Shown piece after piece: positions 22,155 to 32,035 of a DNA stretch of 64,000 bases. Position 1 is the stretch's first letter. Every line of letters begins with the position of its first letter. Origin of the DNA: Spirochaetota bacterium (GTDB taxonomy: Bacteria; Spirochaetota; UBA6919; CBDBPB01). The notes beneath the pieces are model-generated. The model saw only the letters and a list, made by a program, of their open reading frames with translations, made no database searches and had not been told where the DNA came from. The DNA is taken from positions 256,001 through 320,000 of the forward strand of contig CBDBPB010000007.1 in the NCBI GenBank assembly GCA_965208615.1, in the 5' to 3' direction. The position numbers and the translations under genes are program-made.

Positions 22155-24491
22155 TTAGTCTTTACTAATATCTTTTAATTTAGCCATAAATAATATACTT
22201 TTTTTTGTTAGTCCCACGTGATTGATTGCTTTTGCCGCAGATAAACAAGTTGTAATATACGAGTTAGCCAGCTTATACTTTTTTTGTTTATAATAATACT
22301 TAGCAAAAATGTATGAAACATGACCTAAGGCCAGCATATTTTTATTAGACTTTGCAGAGTTAAGTGCTTTGTTAAAAAATAGATAGGTGTTATTAGCATT
22401 TTTTAATGCTCTATAGGCTAATGCGGTATTGTATAATATTATTGGATGGTTTTCTTTTAGGTTAAGGGCTTTTATAAAAATATTTACTCCTTTTTTGTAT
22501 AATTTTTGATTATAATAAATTACTCCCATATTGTTGTATATTTTCCATAAATAATCTAATGCATTAAGTTTTTTGTATAAGGATAAAGCCTTATCATAGT
22601 GGTATAAAGAGGAGTTATACTCTCCTTGGGAGTAATATATTTCTGCTAACATTAGGTGTGCTTTTGCGATATCTTTTATGGCTAGACTTTTATTGTTAAC
22701 TATTTTTTTTAGTTTTCTTATTACATCCCGTTTATCTTTTTCTCCTATGGACTTAACCTTAGGAACTTTATTATCCTTAGTTTTAACTTTTAGTATTCCA
22801 CCCCTCTTTGCCCATATAAGAGAGGTAGACTTATCTTTATTTCCAAAGTTTATAATTCCAGATGGTATTTTCTTGACAAGCTTTTTTTTATAAGGTTTTT
22901 TTAGTGACAGTAAAACATTAGTACCGTCTTTATGGGTAAGGTATAACTGATCTTTTTCTAGTCCCCATTTTATAGTACTTATTGGTTTTTTATTGTTTAT
23001 TCTCTTAATTATTTTATCATCAGAATCGAGGATCACAATATCACCGTTAGAAAGGGCAATAGCTAATTGTTTATCCTGTTTGTTAAACTTGAATGCAATA
23101 ATCCTATGATCAAAGTTCTTTGATGGAACAGCATTTTTACTTATTGTATTAAGTTTATATATAGTATTTGGCGTAATAACCCTAATATTATTTTTAGACT
23201 TTGGAGTAAATCCTAATATTGGTTTATTAAAAAATATATCTCTTTTTTTAATAAATAAATTAAGGTCCCACTCAATAACTCTACCACTACCATCTCCTGA
23301 AAAGGCAGTCTTATTAATTATAAAAATATCATTAACCCAAACGGAGTGTTCTTTTCTGATAACGGTTAGTCTTTTTTTTCTTATCCAGAATGCCACAGTT
23401 CCGTCGTCATGGCCTGTTATGACAAGGCTGTCTTTGTTTATGGAGCTAACCGAATAAATACTTGCTAAATGACGATCTATTAAGTGTATAACTTCTGATA
23501 ACAAAGATATTATCAGAAGTTTATTGTTGGATAAAGTAATAACCATAATATTGGCGTCTTTTGATAAAGCCATATTTTTTATACCATGTTTTGTTTTGAT
23601 TAGTACTTTTTCTTTTTTAGTATATAGATTGGTTGTGCTAACAATCCCAGAGGGGTATGCAGAGTATAAGGTATTATTATGTACTATTAACTTTTTCACT
23701 GGAGAGTTGCTAAAATATAGAGTTTTACTATCCTTAAACAGTGAGTGGATGTAGATAGTATTATTTAGTCCTCCGCTTATTATTAGGTTATTTGTATGTG
23801 TTATAGAGTTTACCCATCCGTTATGGGATAGTATTTTCTTAGTTTTACGGCTTTCTGTATTTATATGGTAAACAGAACCAGACTCATCACCAAAATATAT
23901 GGAGTTATTTGTAACAGATATATCCCTAATTTTATTTTTATGATTTAGGGTATATATAATTTTAGTATCCATATTTCTTTTGGTAATATTGTCAATAATT
24001 CCACTGGTAACAAAAATGATAGACTTACCATTGGGAGTGAATTTAACAATTTTAACGGGGTTAAGTTCTTGTATAAAGTAGTTATAGGAGAAGTTTTGAA
24101 CATTCCATAATATAGTTTGGCCGTTTTCTAGCCCGAGGATTATAGTTTTTCCATTAGGATGAAAGTCTATAGAGTTAACCTTAGATTTGGTTATAAAGTA
24201 TTTTATTAGTTTTTTAGTATTTAGGTTATAAAGGGCTAATCCGAGATTAGTTGATACAGCCAAATAGTTATTATACGGGGATATTTTTATATTAGTTATA
24301 TTAGAGTATCCCCATGTCTCAATGAACAGCTTATTATTATTTTGGAAGATAATAAAGTCTTGATCATTAGTTAGATAGTAGTCTTTATTATCATTTTTTT
24401 TGAACTGCCATTTATTATTTGCTTTGCTTAGGCTAGAGCTAAAGAATATTGTTATTAATATTATTATTATTGAGTAAAAATGCCTATTCAT
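22155..24491 (-). CDS. Exported WD40 beta-propeller plus TPR protein
   Basis: Signal peptide; WD40-like units (VNSIDFHPNGK..LW, HNGWVNSI, TGHDDGTVAFW); C-terminal TPRs (YNNMGVIYY..A). Confidence 0.8.
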   Translation of the reverse strand: MNRHFYSIIIILITIFFSSSLSKANNKWQFKKNDNKDYYLTNDQDFIIFQNNNKLFIETWGYSNITNIKISPYNNYLAVSTNLGLALYNLNTKKLIKYFITKSKVNSIDFHPNGKTIILGLENGQTILWNVQNFSYNYFIQELNPVKIVKFTPNGKSIIFVTSGIIDNITKRNMDTKIIYTLNHKNKIRDISVTNNSIYFGDESGSVYHINTESRKTKKILSHNGWVNSITHTNNLIISGGLNNTIYIHSLFKDSKTLYFSNSPVKKLIVHNNTLYSAYPSGIVSTTNLYTKKEKVLIKTKHGIKNMALSKDANIMVITLSNNKLLIISLLSEVIHLIDRHLASIYSVSSINKDSLVITGHDDGTVAFWIRKKRLTVIRKEHSVWVNDIFIINKTAFSGDGSGRVIEWDLNLFIKKRDIFFNKPILGFTPKSKNNIRVITPNTIYKLNTISKNAVPSKNFDHRIIAFKFNKQDKQLAIALSNGDIVILDSDDKIIKRINNKKPISTIKWGLEKDQLYLTHKDGTNVLLSLKKPYKKKLVKKIPSGIINFGNKDKSTSLIWAKRGGILKVKTKDNKVPKVKSIGEKDKRDVIRKLKKIVNNKSLAIKDIAKAHLMLAEIYYSQGEYNSSLYHYDKALSLYKKLNALDYLWKIYNNMGVIYYNQKLYKKGVNIFIKALNLKENHPIILYNTALAYRALKNANNTYLFFNKALNSAKSNKNMLALGHVSYIFAKYYYKQKKYKLANSYITTCLSAAKAINHVGLTKKSILFMAKLKDISKD

Positions 24492-26092
24492 GGTTTCTCC
24501 GTTATTTTGGATATATATTTGAGATATCTTTTAATTTTTCTTTTATTTTTGTATTTTGGAAACTTATTAACTAAACTATTAAATACTTTTTTAGCATTAG
24601 AATATTCCTTAAGTTTTATATAGCACTCTCCTAGACTGTGATAGTTAATGGCATTATTAGGGGTATTATTAACGAGCCATAAAAACTCTTTTGAGGCATT
24701 TTCAAAGTCTTTTTTCTTAAAGAATACTTTAGCGAGGCTTTTTTTTAGTTTTATAGAGTTTTCATCTTTTTTTAGTGCAAGTTTATAATATTTTATAGAG
24801 TCGTTATACTTTTTTAGCTGGAATGAGGCATCCCCCATTTTCTTTAGTGTTTGTGCTGTGGATATATCCTCATCAACAAGGTATTCTAGAGTAGTTAGAA
24901 CTTTTTTATATTTTCTTTTTTTATAATATACATTAGCAAGCAAAAGGTAGTATTCTGTTTTATTCGGATTCGATTTTATACCTTTTTTAAGTATTCTAAT
25001 AGAGTTGTTATATTTTTTTAGTAGTAATAGTATTTTGCTATACTGTTGTATTATGTCTATATCATTTGGATTAATGGCATAAGCTTTTTTGAGGTAGGAT
25101 AGTGCAGAATTAAATCTTTTCTTTTTGGACAGTACAATTCCTATATTATATAGTGTAGTACTATTAGCTGGTCTAACTGTGCTGGCTTTTATGTAGTATG
25201 TTAGGGCTAGATTTAGTTGTTCTATGCTATCATATGTTTTAGCGATATTAAAAAGGAGATAAAAGTTAGTTGGATATTTTTTAAGTCCATTTTTATATGT
25301 TTTTATAGAGTTGTCGTAGTTTTTTAATTTATAGTATGTTTGTCCTTTTTGGATTATAGTTTTAATATGCTTTGGATCGAGTTTATTGGCTTTATTGAAG
25401 GATGTTATTGCCATTTGGAAGTTATTAAGTTTTTTATCACAGAATCCAATATTATAAAGGGCTTTAACTTTTATAGATTTTGCTTTTATTAGTGGAATAG
25501 CCTTATAAAAGTATTCCTTTGCGCCATCATATTTTTTTTTCAGTAGATAAATTACACCGAGTTTATAAAGTATAATACCTTTGTTATGCTTATCCAGTTT
25601 AGTTTTCGTTAGAGTGAGTTCATAAAGTCCTTGTGCTTCATCTAGTTTATTTTGCTCATAGAACCTATTAGCCATTTTTATATCATTTTTTATTATTTCA
25701 TTTTCTGAAGGTTTTTTATTTTTAGCTATTTCTATTTTTGCACTTTTTACTTCTTCATCAGTTATTTTGATTATTACGGTCTTACTGCTATAGCCTTTGA
25801 TATCATTTTTAACTATTCCTGTAACTCTAACGTAGTAGTCACCTTTTTCTATAAATATATTGGCAAAGCTATCTTTAGTTTTAATTGATTTTATAACTTT
25901 TAAGAATGACTGTGTTTTGGATATTTCAACTAAATAGTATTTACTTATTATGTCAATATTCCATGACAATTTAATTTTTCCTAATTCTTTATTGGGATAT
26001 GCTAGTGGTGAATGAAAAGTAATACTGCTAATAAGTATAATTAGGGATAAGCTATAGAGTTTTTTCTTCATAAATTTTCCTTGATATATCAT
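24488..26092 (-). CDS. Exported tetratricopeptide-repeat protein
   Basis: Signal peptide, short FN3-like segment, then many 34-aa TPRs; overlaps the next gene by 4 nt. Confidence 0.85.
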   Translation of the reverse strand: MIYQGKFMKKKLYSLSLIILISSITFHSPLAYPNKELGKIKLSWNIDIISKYYLVEISKTQSFLKVIKSIKTKDSFANIFIEKGDYYVRVTGIVKNDIKGYSSKTVIIKITDEEVKSAKIEIAKNKKPSENEIIKNDIKMANRFYEQNKLDEAQGLYELTLTKTKLDKHNKGIILYKLGVIYLLKKKYDGAKEYFYKAIPLIKAKSIKVKALYNIGFCDKKLNNFQMAITSFNKANKLDPKHIKTIIQKGQTYYKLKNYDNSIKTYKNGLKKYPTNFYLLFNIAKTYDSIEQLNLALTYYIKASTVRPANSTTLYNIGIVLSKKKRFNSALSYLKKAYAINPNDIDIIQQYSKILLLLKKYNNSIRILKKGIKSNPNKTEYYLLLANVYYKKRKYKKVLTTLEYLVDEDISTAQTLKKMGDASFQLKKYNDSIKYYKLALKKDENSIKLKKSLAKVFFKKKDFENASKEFLWLVNNTPNNAINYHSLGECYIKLKEYSNAKKVFNSLVNKFPKYKNKRKIKRYLKYISKITEKP

Positions 26093-26370
26093 TTAGATAA
26101 AGTATAATTAAGGTTTTACTGTGTATGTTTAAATAATATATGAATCGGATTTGACTTTTTGGTATTAAGTCTGTATAGTTAAATATATTTGAATTTGTTT
26201 AACATTTCATTAGTTTTGATAAAAGCTAAAATATATACCTAAAGATTCGGCATTTTATAATTTTTCATAAATAAAGAAAGTAGTTTAATTGAGTATGGCC
26301 TAATATAGCATAATTTGCCTTATCCTTGACTTAGTGCTTTTATGAAGGGTATTATTATTTAGGGGGATAT

Positions 26371-27042
26371 ATGAATAATATAACTAGGTTAAAATATGTA
26401 TGTTTAATTTTATTAGTATTAGGTTTTAGCGGGTGTAGTACACTGTTATATCTTATGAGAATAGTTAAAGATTTTAGAGTGGGAGATAAGCTAAAAGATA
26501 ACGAAGTTTTAATTATTGGCAATGTTGAGATAGACCCTCCTTTTACTGATTCTGATTTTGATATTGAGCAAAGGGATGAATGTTGGAAAGGTGATTTTGA
26601 AAAACAGGCTCATCTTTGGATTGATCATAACTTTAATGAGTATCCTCCTGAGCTATATGATGAAAACGATACTTATGGCTATTATTTTAGAAATAGGATT
26701 ATTGCTGGGCTTAACAAAGAGTTTTATGTTAAATTTAAAAAAAAGTCTTTTTATATAATGGAGATATTTATGCTTAGGGAATGTTATTATACCTATAATT
26801 ATTATCGTGACACTTATAAATTAAACATTACCTCTTATAGAGGAAAAATTAATTTTAAGGTTAATGTTAAACCTGATGACCAGGCTATATATATAGGAAC
26901 AATAAAATACACCAGAAATGGTTATAATATAGTCAAATCTAAGCTTATTGATAACTTTGACAGAGTTAAACAAGACTTTATAGAAAAGTTTGGTGATGGT
27001 ATAAAGATTAGGAAGTCTATTATGGTTTCTGCGAAGAGATAA
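26371..27042 (+). CDS. Hypothetical lipoprotein
   Basis: Lipobox FSGC; GGGGG RBS; C-terminal AIYIGTIKY motif. Confidence 0.65.
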   Translation: MNNITRLKYVCLILLVLGFSGCSTLLYLMRIVKDFRVGDKLKDNEVLIIGNVEIDPPFTDSDFDIEQRDECWKGDFEKQAHLWIDHNFNEYPPELYDENDTYGYYFRNRIIAGLNKEFYVKFKKKSFYIMEIFMLRECYYTYNYYRDTYKLNITSYRGKINFKVNVKPDDQAIYIGTIKYTRNGYNIVKSKLIDNFDRVKQDFIEKFGDGIKIRKSIMVSAKR

Positions 27043-27080
27043 AATATATATATTTTTTTACTGCTGTTAGGTTATTTATT

Positions 27081-27746
27081 ATGAATATATTTTTTTATAC
27101 TTTTTTATTTTTGATAATATTGATATTTAGCTTTTGTAATTCTTCTACAGGGATAAGGGATGGATCACAATTAACCCAGTTACAACTAAGCCAAATAGAG
27201 GTAATAAAAACTGGAGTTTATAACTGGAATACTTGGAGAAAAAAGAATCCAGATGAAGAGATAAACCTGCAATACGTATCTTTTAGGGAGATGGAGTTAA
27301 GGGGAATAGATTTAAGTAATGTTTTTCTTTATGAAGCGGATTTTAAAGGTGCTAATTTAGAAGGTGCTAAGTTTAATTTTGCTATTATTTCTAAGGTTAA
27401 TTTTAATAGGGCAAATTTAAATAATGCTAACTTTTCAAAGGCAAGGCTAAGCCAAACTAGTTTTGTTAGGAGTAAGTTAGACAATGTTAATTTTTATAAC
27501 TCCGAAATGATTTGGAATAACTTTAATATGGCAGTACTTACAAATGCTAGTTTTAGATGGTCTATTTGTAAGAACTGCTATTTTTTTAAATCATACGCAA
27601 AGGGAGCTGACTTTACTAACTCTGACCTTAGTGGATCAAGTTTTAAGTTTGCTTATTTGGTTGATAGTAATTTCTCAAAAGCTAATCTTTATGGTGTAAG
27701 TTTTAACAATGCTAATAAAAAAGGAGCTAACCTAACTATAAAATAA
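27081..27746 (+). CDS. Pentapeptide-repeat protein, probable lipoprotein
   Basis: A(D/N)(L/F)xx repeats (ADFKG ANLEG AKFNF...), WNTWR cap motif, hydrophobic leader ending in Cys. Confidence 0.88.
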   Translation: MNIFFYTFLFLIILIFSFCNSSTGIRDGSQLTQLQLSQIEVIKTGVYNWNTWRKKNPDEEINLQYVSFREMELRGIDLSNVFLYEADFKGANLEGAKFNFAIISKVNFNRANLNNANFSKARLSQTSFVRSKLDNVNFYNSEMIWNNFNMAVLTNASFRWSICKNCYFFKSYAKGADFTNSDLSGSSFKFAYLVDSNFSKANLYGVSFNNANKKGANLTIK

Positions 27747-27913
27747 TAATTAAAGGTAATTATTTCTTTATAGAATAAACTGTTACAAAAACAATTGACT
27801 AATAATAGGGTTTTCGGTATTTTATATTATATATTTCGTTTTTCTTTGGTATTTATAACTAACCTAATTAGTCTTAATATACAATTATTTTACATTAATA
27901 TAAGGGTATAACT

Positions 27914-28738
27914 ATGAATTATACTGTAGATGATTTACAAAATAAAGCAAAAGAGATTCGCATAGATTGCATTAGAATGTTAACAAAAGCTGGTTCAGGA
28001 CATCCTGGCGGTTCTCTTTCTGCGGTTGATTTATTGACTGTATTGTTTTATGATAAAATAAAAAGAACTAAGGATAATGCTCTATCCGATAATAGGCATA
28101 GATTTGTTTTATCAAAGGGACATTGTGTTCCTGTTTTATATTCTATATTTTCTCAGGTGGGAATAATAAACAAGGCTGACCTTATGACTCTAAGGAAAAT
28201 AAACTCTCCATTGCAGGGTCATCCTGACTGTGTGTTATTTCCTTATGTAGAGGCGTCTACTGGATCATTGGGTCAGGGTTTATCTATTGCACAGGGAATG
28301 GCTATGGCGGGAAAGGTTGATAATAAGGATTATAGGGTTTATTGTATGGTTGGTGATGGGGAGATGCAGGAAGGTGAGATTTGGGAAGGGCTTATGTCAT
28401 CTGCCAAGTATGGTTTGGATAATTTTTGTGTTATTTTGGATTATAATAAGTCTCAGATAGACGGTACTATAAAAGAGGTTATGAATATTGAGCCTCTTCT
28501 AGACAAAGTTAGAGCTTTTAATTGGCATGTAATTGAGATAGATGGTCATGATTTTGTTCAGATAATTGATGCTTATAATGAGGCTGAGTCTATAAAAGGA
28601 AAGCCTAGCTTTATTATTGCTCATACTGTTAAGGGAAAGGGGGTTTCATTTATGGAGGGTAAGACTGAGTGGCATGGAAAGGCTCCTAATTATGAAGAGG
28701 CTGAAATAGCTATTAAAGAGTTAGGAGCTGGTTTATGA
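27914..28738 (+). CDS. Transketolase, N-terminal subunit
   Basis: SGHPGGSLS, LSKGH, LQGHP, TGSLGQG, GDGEMQEG TPP motif, KGKGVSFME..WH. Confidence 0.96.
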   Translation: MNYTVDDLQNKAKEIRIDCIRMLTKAGSGHPGGSLSAVDLLTVLFYDKIKRTKDNALSDNRHRFVLSKGHCVPVLYSIFSQVGIINKADLMTLRKINSPLQGHPDCVLFPYVEASTGSLGQGLSIAQGMAMAGKVDNKDYRVYCMVGDGEMQEGEIWEGLMSSAKYGLDNFCVILDYNKSQIDGTIKEVMNIEPLLDKVRAFNWHVIEIDGHDFVQIIDAYNEAESIKGKPSFIIAHTVKGKGVSFMEGKTEWHGKAPNYEEAEIAIKELGAGL

Positions 28739-29682
28739 GTATTTCAAGGGCTACTAGAGTTACTTTTGGTGAGGTTATAGTAGAGCTGGGGGAAAAATAT
28801 CCTAATATAGTTGTTTTAGAGGCTGATTTGGCTAAGTCTACATATTCTTATGCTTTTGGAGAGAGGTTCCCAAATCGCTATTTTGAGATGGGTATTGCAG
28901 AGGCTAATATGATTGGTGCTAGTGCTGGATTAGCTTTAAGCGGAAAGATTTCATATATTTGTAGTTTTTCGGCTTTTGTAACTGGTCGTTATGATATTAT
29001 TCGTATGTCTATTGCATATTCTAAGGCTAATGTTAGGATTATTGGCACTCATGCAGGTATTGCCATTGGTGATGATGGTAATAGTCAGCAGGGATTAGAG
29101 GATATATCTATTATGCGATCTTTACCTAATATGGTAGTTATTCAGCCTGGTGATGATATTGAGGCTCGTCAAGCTTTGGAATATTCTGTTCATCATAGTG
29201 GGCCTATGTTTTTCAGGTTGACTAGGCAAAAGTTAGAGGCTATTCATTCTGATAATTATAGGTTTGAGTTTGGTAAAGGGGATATTATTAAAGATGGTAG
29301 TGATGCTACTATTTTTTGTACTGGTGGAGTTGTTTATAATAGTCTTCACGCTGCATATTCTTTGGAGAAAGACTATAATATTAGGGTTGTTAATATTCAC
29401 ACAGTTAAGCCTATTGATGAAGATTTAATTATTAGGTGTGCTAAAGAGACAAAGCGTATTATTACTGTTGAGGATCATAATATTACTGGAGGTCTTGGTA
29501 GTGCTGTTAGTGAGGTGCTTACTAATCATTGTCCTGTTTTGCTAAACAGAATTGGGATAAGTGATTGCTTTGGAGAGTCTGGATCGCCTAAAGAGCTATA
29601 TTCAAAGCATGGGTTGGATATAAAGGGTATAAAGGATAATATAAATCGCTTTTTAGAGAAGGCACAGCCTATTTTTTATTAA
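28735..29682 (+). CDS. Transketolase, C-terminal subunit
   Basis: EMGIAEANM, EDISIMR.LPN, VKPIDE, VEDH...GGLGSAV, FGESG; 4-nt overlap with the N subunit. Confidence 0.95.
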   Translation: MSISRATRVTFGEVIVELGEKYPNIVVLEADLAKSTYSYAFGERFPNRYFEMGIAEANMIGASAGLALSGKISYICSFSAFVTGRYDIIRMSIAYSKANVRIIGTHAGIAIGDDGNSQQGLEDISIMRSLPNMVVIQPGDDIEARQALEYSVHHSGPMFFRLTRQKLEAIHSDNYRFEFGKGDIIKDGSDATIFCTGGVVYNSLHAAYSLEKDYNIRVVNIHTVKPIDEDLIIRCAKETKRIITVEDHNITGGLGSAVSEVLTNHCPVLLNRIGISDCFGESGSPKELYSKHGLDIKGIKDNINRFLEKAQPIFY

Positions 29683-29852
29683 GAGAATTAACTATATAGA
29701 TAGTTTTTAAGGGCTAGTTATTATTCGAAGCATATAAAAAAAACTATTGTAATTTTTTTTTAATTAGTTGACAAAAATTAATATTTAAGTATATTTCTTG
29801 TGACCTTTTAGTAGTATTTATGAATTAGATAGTTTATTATTGACTAGCAAGT

Positions 29853-29884
29853 TAAGGAACTTTTATTAAAAGTATATTGTTATA
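29853..29884 (+). promoter_or_regulatory. dsr upstream motif, copy 1 (ECF-like GGAAC-N18-GTTA)
   Basis: TAAGGAACTTTTATTAAAAGTATATTGTTATA, 26/32 identical to the copy upstream of dsrE. Confidence 0.65.
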
Positions 29885-29914
29885 TATAGAAAATGATTTA
29901 CTTTGGAGGTAATT

Positions 29915-30247
29915 ATGCCATTAGAAGTTAGTGGAAAAGCTGTGGATATTGATGAAGACGGATTTTTAACTAATGTTGATGACTGGAATGAGGATATAGC
30001 GGCTGTTTTGGCAAAGACTGAGCAAATTGAGATGACTGATTCACATTGGGAAGTTATACACTTTTTGAGAGAGTATTATGAAGAATATAAGATTGCTCCC
30101 ATGATAAGGATACTTACTAAAGCTATTGGGAAAAAGTTAGGGAAAGAAAAGGGTAATACTAAATATCTTTATTCTCTTTATCCTGGTGGTCCTGCTAAGC
30201 AGGCCTGTAAGATTGCTGGTCTTCCAAAGCCTACTGGATGTGTTTAG
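29915..30247 (+). CDS. dsrC: Sulfur carrier DsrC with both C-terminal cysteines
   Basis: DEDGFL, C-x10-C tail ACKIAGLPKPTGCV; contains KKLGKEKGNTKYLY insert; ATG 29915 after GGAGG. Confidence 0.97.
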   Translation: MPLEVSGKAVDIDEDGFLTNVDDWNEDIAAVLAKTEQIEMTDSHWEVIHFLREYYEEYKIAPMIRILTKAIGKKLGKEKGNTKYLYSLYPGGPAKQACKIAGLPKPTGCV

Positions 30248-30268
30248 GCTTGATTTATAATATATCTT

Positions 30269-30310
30269 AAGTGGCAAGGGTTATCCTAAACGCCACTTTA
30301 TCTTTATTTT
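30269..30310 (+). terminator. Stem-loop after dsrC
   Basis: AAGTGGC...GCCACTT followed by a T-rich tract. Confidence 0.6.
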
Positions 30311-30444
30311 TTATAAAGGTCATACTTTTTAAGCTACTATATATGTTATCCTTTTCTTTTATATATTTGTGATAATATAACTTTATTTATTTTACATATA
30401 AATAAGATTTGGGATATAGTTATTAGAGTGAGCTAAGGTTTATA

Positions 30445-31002
30445 ATGGGAGAAAGCGAGTTTATTTCTTATCTTATAAATAAAAAATCTGTTATTGTTCA
30501 GAAATGGCTAGACGGAATTGTAGATTGTTATTCTCCTACTACGGCTAGTTTTATGAAGGCTAAGAAAGATCCTTTTCTTAATCCGGTTGGTCATGCCTTA
30601 TCCTCCCTTATAGATGGTATTTTTAGTTATCTTACCAATAGATGTTCCTACGGTGATATTAAGCCTGTTTTAGTTGATGCAATAAAAATACTTGTGGTTC
30701 AGGATATGCCTTCTTCTCGTGGTTTAGGATTTATAAATATGGTTAAGAAGGTTGTTAGGGCTGAGCTTAAAAAGGAAATTAAAAAAGAGAACCTTTTTTC
30801 TGAGCTATTAGTTTTTGAATCAAAGGTTGATGAGGTCTTGCTAAAGGCTGTGGATATTTATATTGCTAATATAGCCAAGCTTTATGAGATTAAAGCCAAT
30901 GATATAAAAAATAGAACTTTTAAGTTATTACGAATGGCAAATCTGGAAGATGAAGCTCGGAGCTTAATGATGGACTCTACTTGTAAAAGTGGGCAGTTAT
31001 AA
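30445..31002 (+). CDS. dsrT: DsrT (RsbRD N-terminal-like)
   Basis: W...I...Y......F....KDPFLNPVG, IKI.VVQD, KLYEIKAN; directly upstream of dsrM. Confidence 0.9.
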   Translation: MGESEFISYLINKKSVIVQKWLDGIVDCYSPTTASFMKAKKDPFLNPVGHALSSLIDGIFSYLTNRCSYGDIKPVLVDAIKILVVQDMPSSRGLGFINMVKKVVRAELKKEIKKENLFSELLVFESKVDEVLLKAVDIYIANIAKLYEIKANDIKNRTFKLLRMANLEDEARSLMMDSTCKSGQL

Positions 31003-31024
31003 ATTACGATAATAGGTGGGTTCA

Positions 31025-32032
31025 ATGAAGAAAATATTAATTTCTTTAGGTATTGTTGTAGTTCTTGCGTTTATACCGTATATAGGTATATTGGCGTCTG
31101 GTTCTTTAAAGTTTTTATTTGGAGTTTTTATACCTCTTGTAGCTGTGATTGTATTTTTAGTTGGAGTTATTCGTAGGGTGGTTATATGGGGTCGTTCTGC
31201 TGTTCCTTTTAGGATACCTACTACTTGCGGTCAACAGGAATCTCTTTCGTGGATAAAGCAAAACAAGATAGATAATCCTTCATCTGGTTTTTGGGTAATG
31301 GTGAGGATGTTTTTTGAGGTATTTTTATTTCGTTCTCTTTTCAGGAACACTAAAGCTGAGCTAAGGGATGGTGGTAAAAGATTATCTTATGGTGAATCTA
31401 AGTGGCTTTGGATTATGTCTTTAGTTTTCCATTTTAGTTTATTTGTTGTTATAATAAGGCATTTACGTTTTTTTCTTGAGCCTGTACCTTTCTTTGTAAA
31501 TGCAGCAAGCTATGTAGACTCTGTACTACAAATAGGCATGCCTATTCTTTATTTATCTGGGGTTGCTTTGTTAGGCACGGTGAGCTTTTTATTTTTGAGA
31601 AGGGTTGTACTACCTAAAATCAGGTATATTTCTTTAACCATAGACTATTTTCCATTATTATTGATTTTATTTATAGTATGTACTGGACTATTAATGAGGT
31701 ATTTTACTAAGGTAGATATTCTATCTATTAAAGAGCTTGTCATTAATGTTATGACTTTTAGTTTTAGTGTTAGTGTTTTTAAGGGGATTGATACACTTTT
31801 TTTTGTTCATATTTTTTTAGTTAGCATACTAATTGCATATTTTCCTTTTAGTCAGTTAATGCATGGTATAGGTATATTTTTTAGTCCTACAAGGAATATG
31901 GCGAATAATAACCGTAAGAAAAGGCATATTAATCCGTGGAATTATCCTGTTAAACTCCACACTTATGAGCAATATGAAGATGATTTTAGGGAAACTATGA
32001 AAAAGGCTGGACTTCCAGTGGAAAAGGAGTAA
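31025..32032 (+). CDS. dsrM: DsrM, membrane cytochrome b
   Basis: VPFRIPTTCGQQ.SL.W, FRSLFRNT, heme-ligating His (FH, RH, VH, MH), SPTRN. Confidence 0.96.
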   Translation: MKKILISLGIVVVLAFIPYIGILASGSLKFLFGVFIPLVAVIVFLVGVIRRVVIWGRSAVPFRIPTTCGQQESLSWIKQNKIDNPSSGFWVMVRMFFEVFLFRSLFRNTKAELRDGGKRLSYGESKWLWIMSLVFHFSLFVVIIRHLRFFLEPVPFFVNAASYVDSVLQIGMPILYLSGVALLGTVSFLFLRRVVLPKIRYISLTIDYFPLLLILFIVCTGLLMRYFTKVDILSIKELVINVMTFSFSVSVFKGIDTLFFVHIFLVSILIAYFPFSQLMHGIGIFFSPTRNMANNNRKKRHINPWNYPVKLHTYEQYEDDFRETMKKAGLPVEKE

Positions 32033-32035
32033 TAT

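Noticed and set aside
30367-30384. Rex operator upstream of dsrT (TTGTGATAATATAAC)
   Set aside because: Only the left half-site matches; better explained as an extended -10 element
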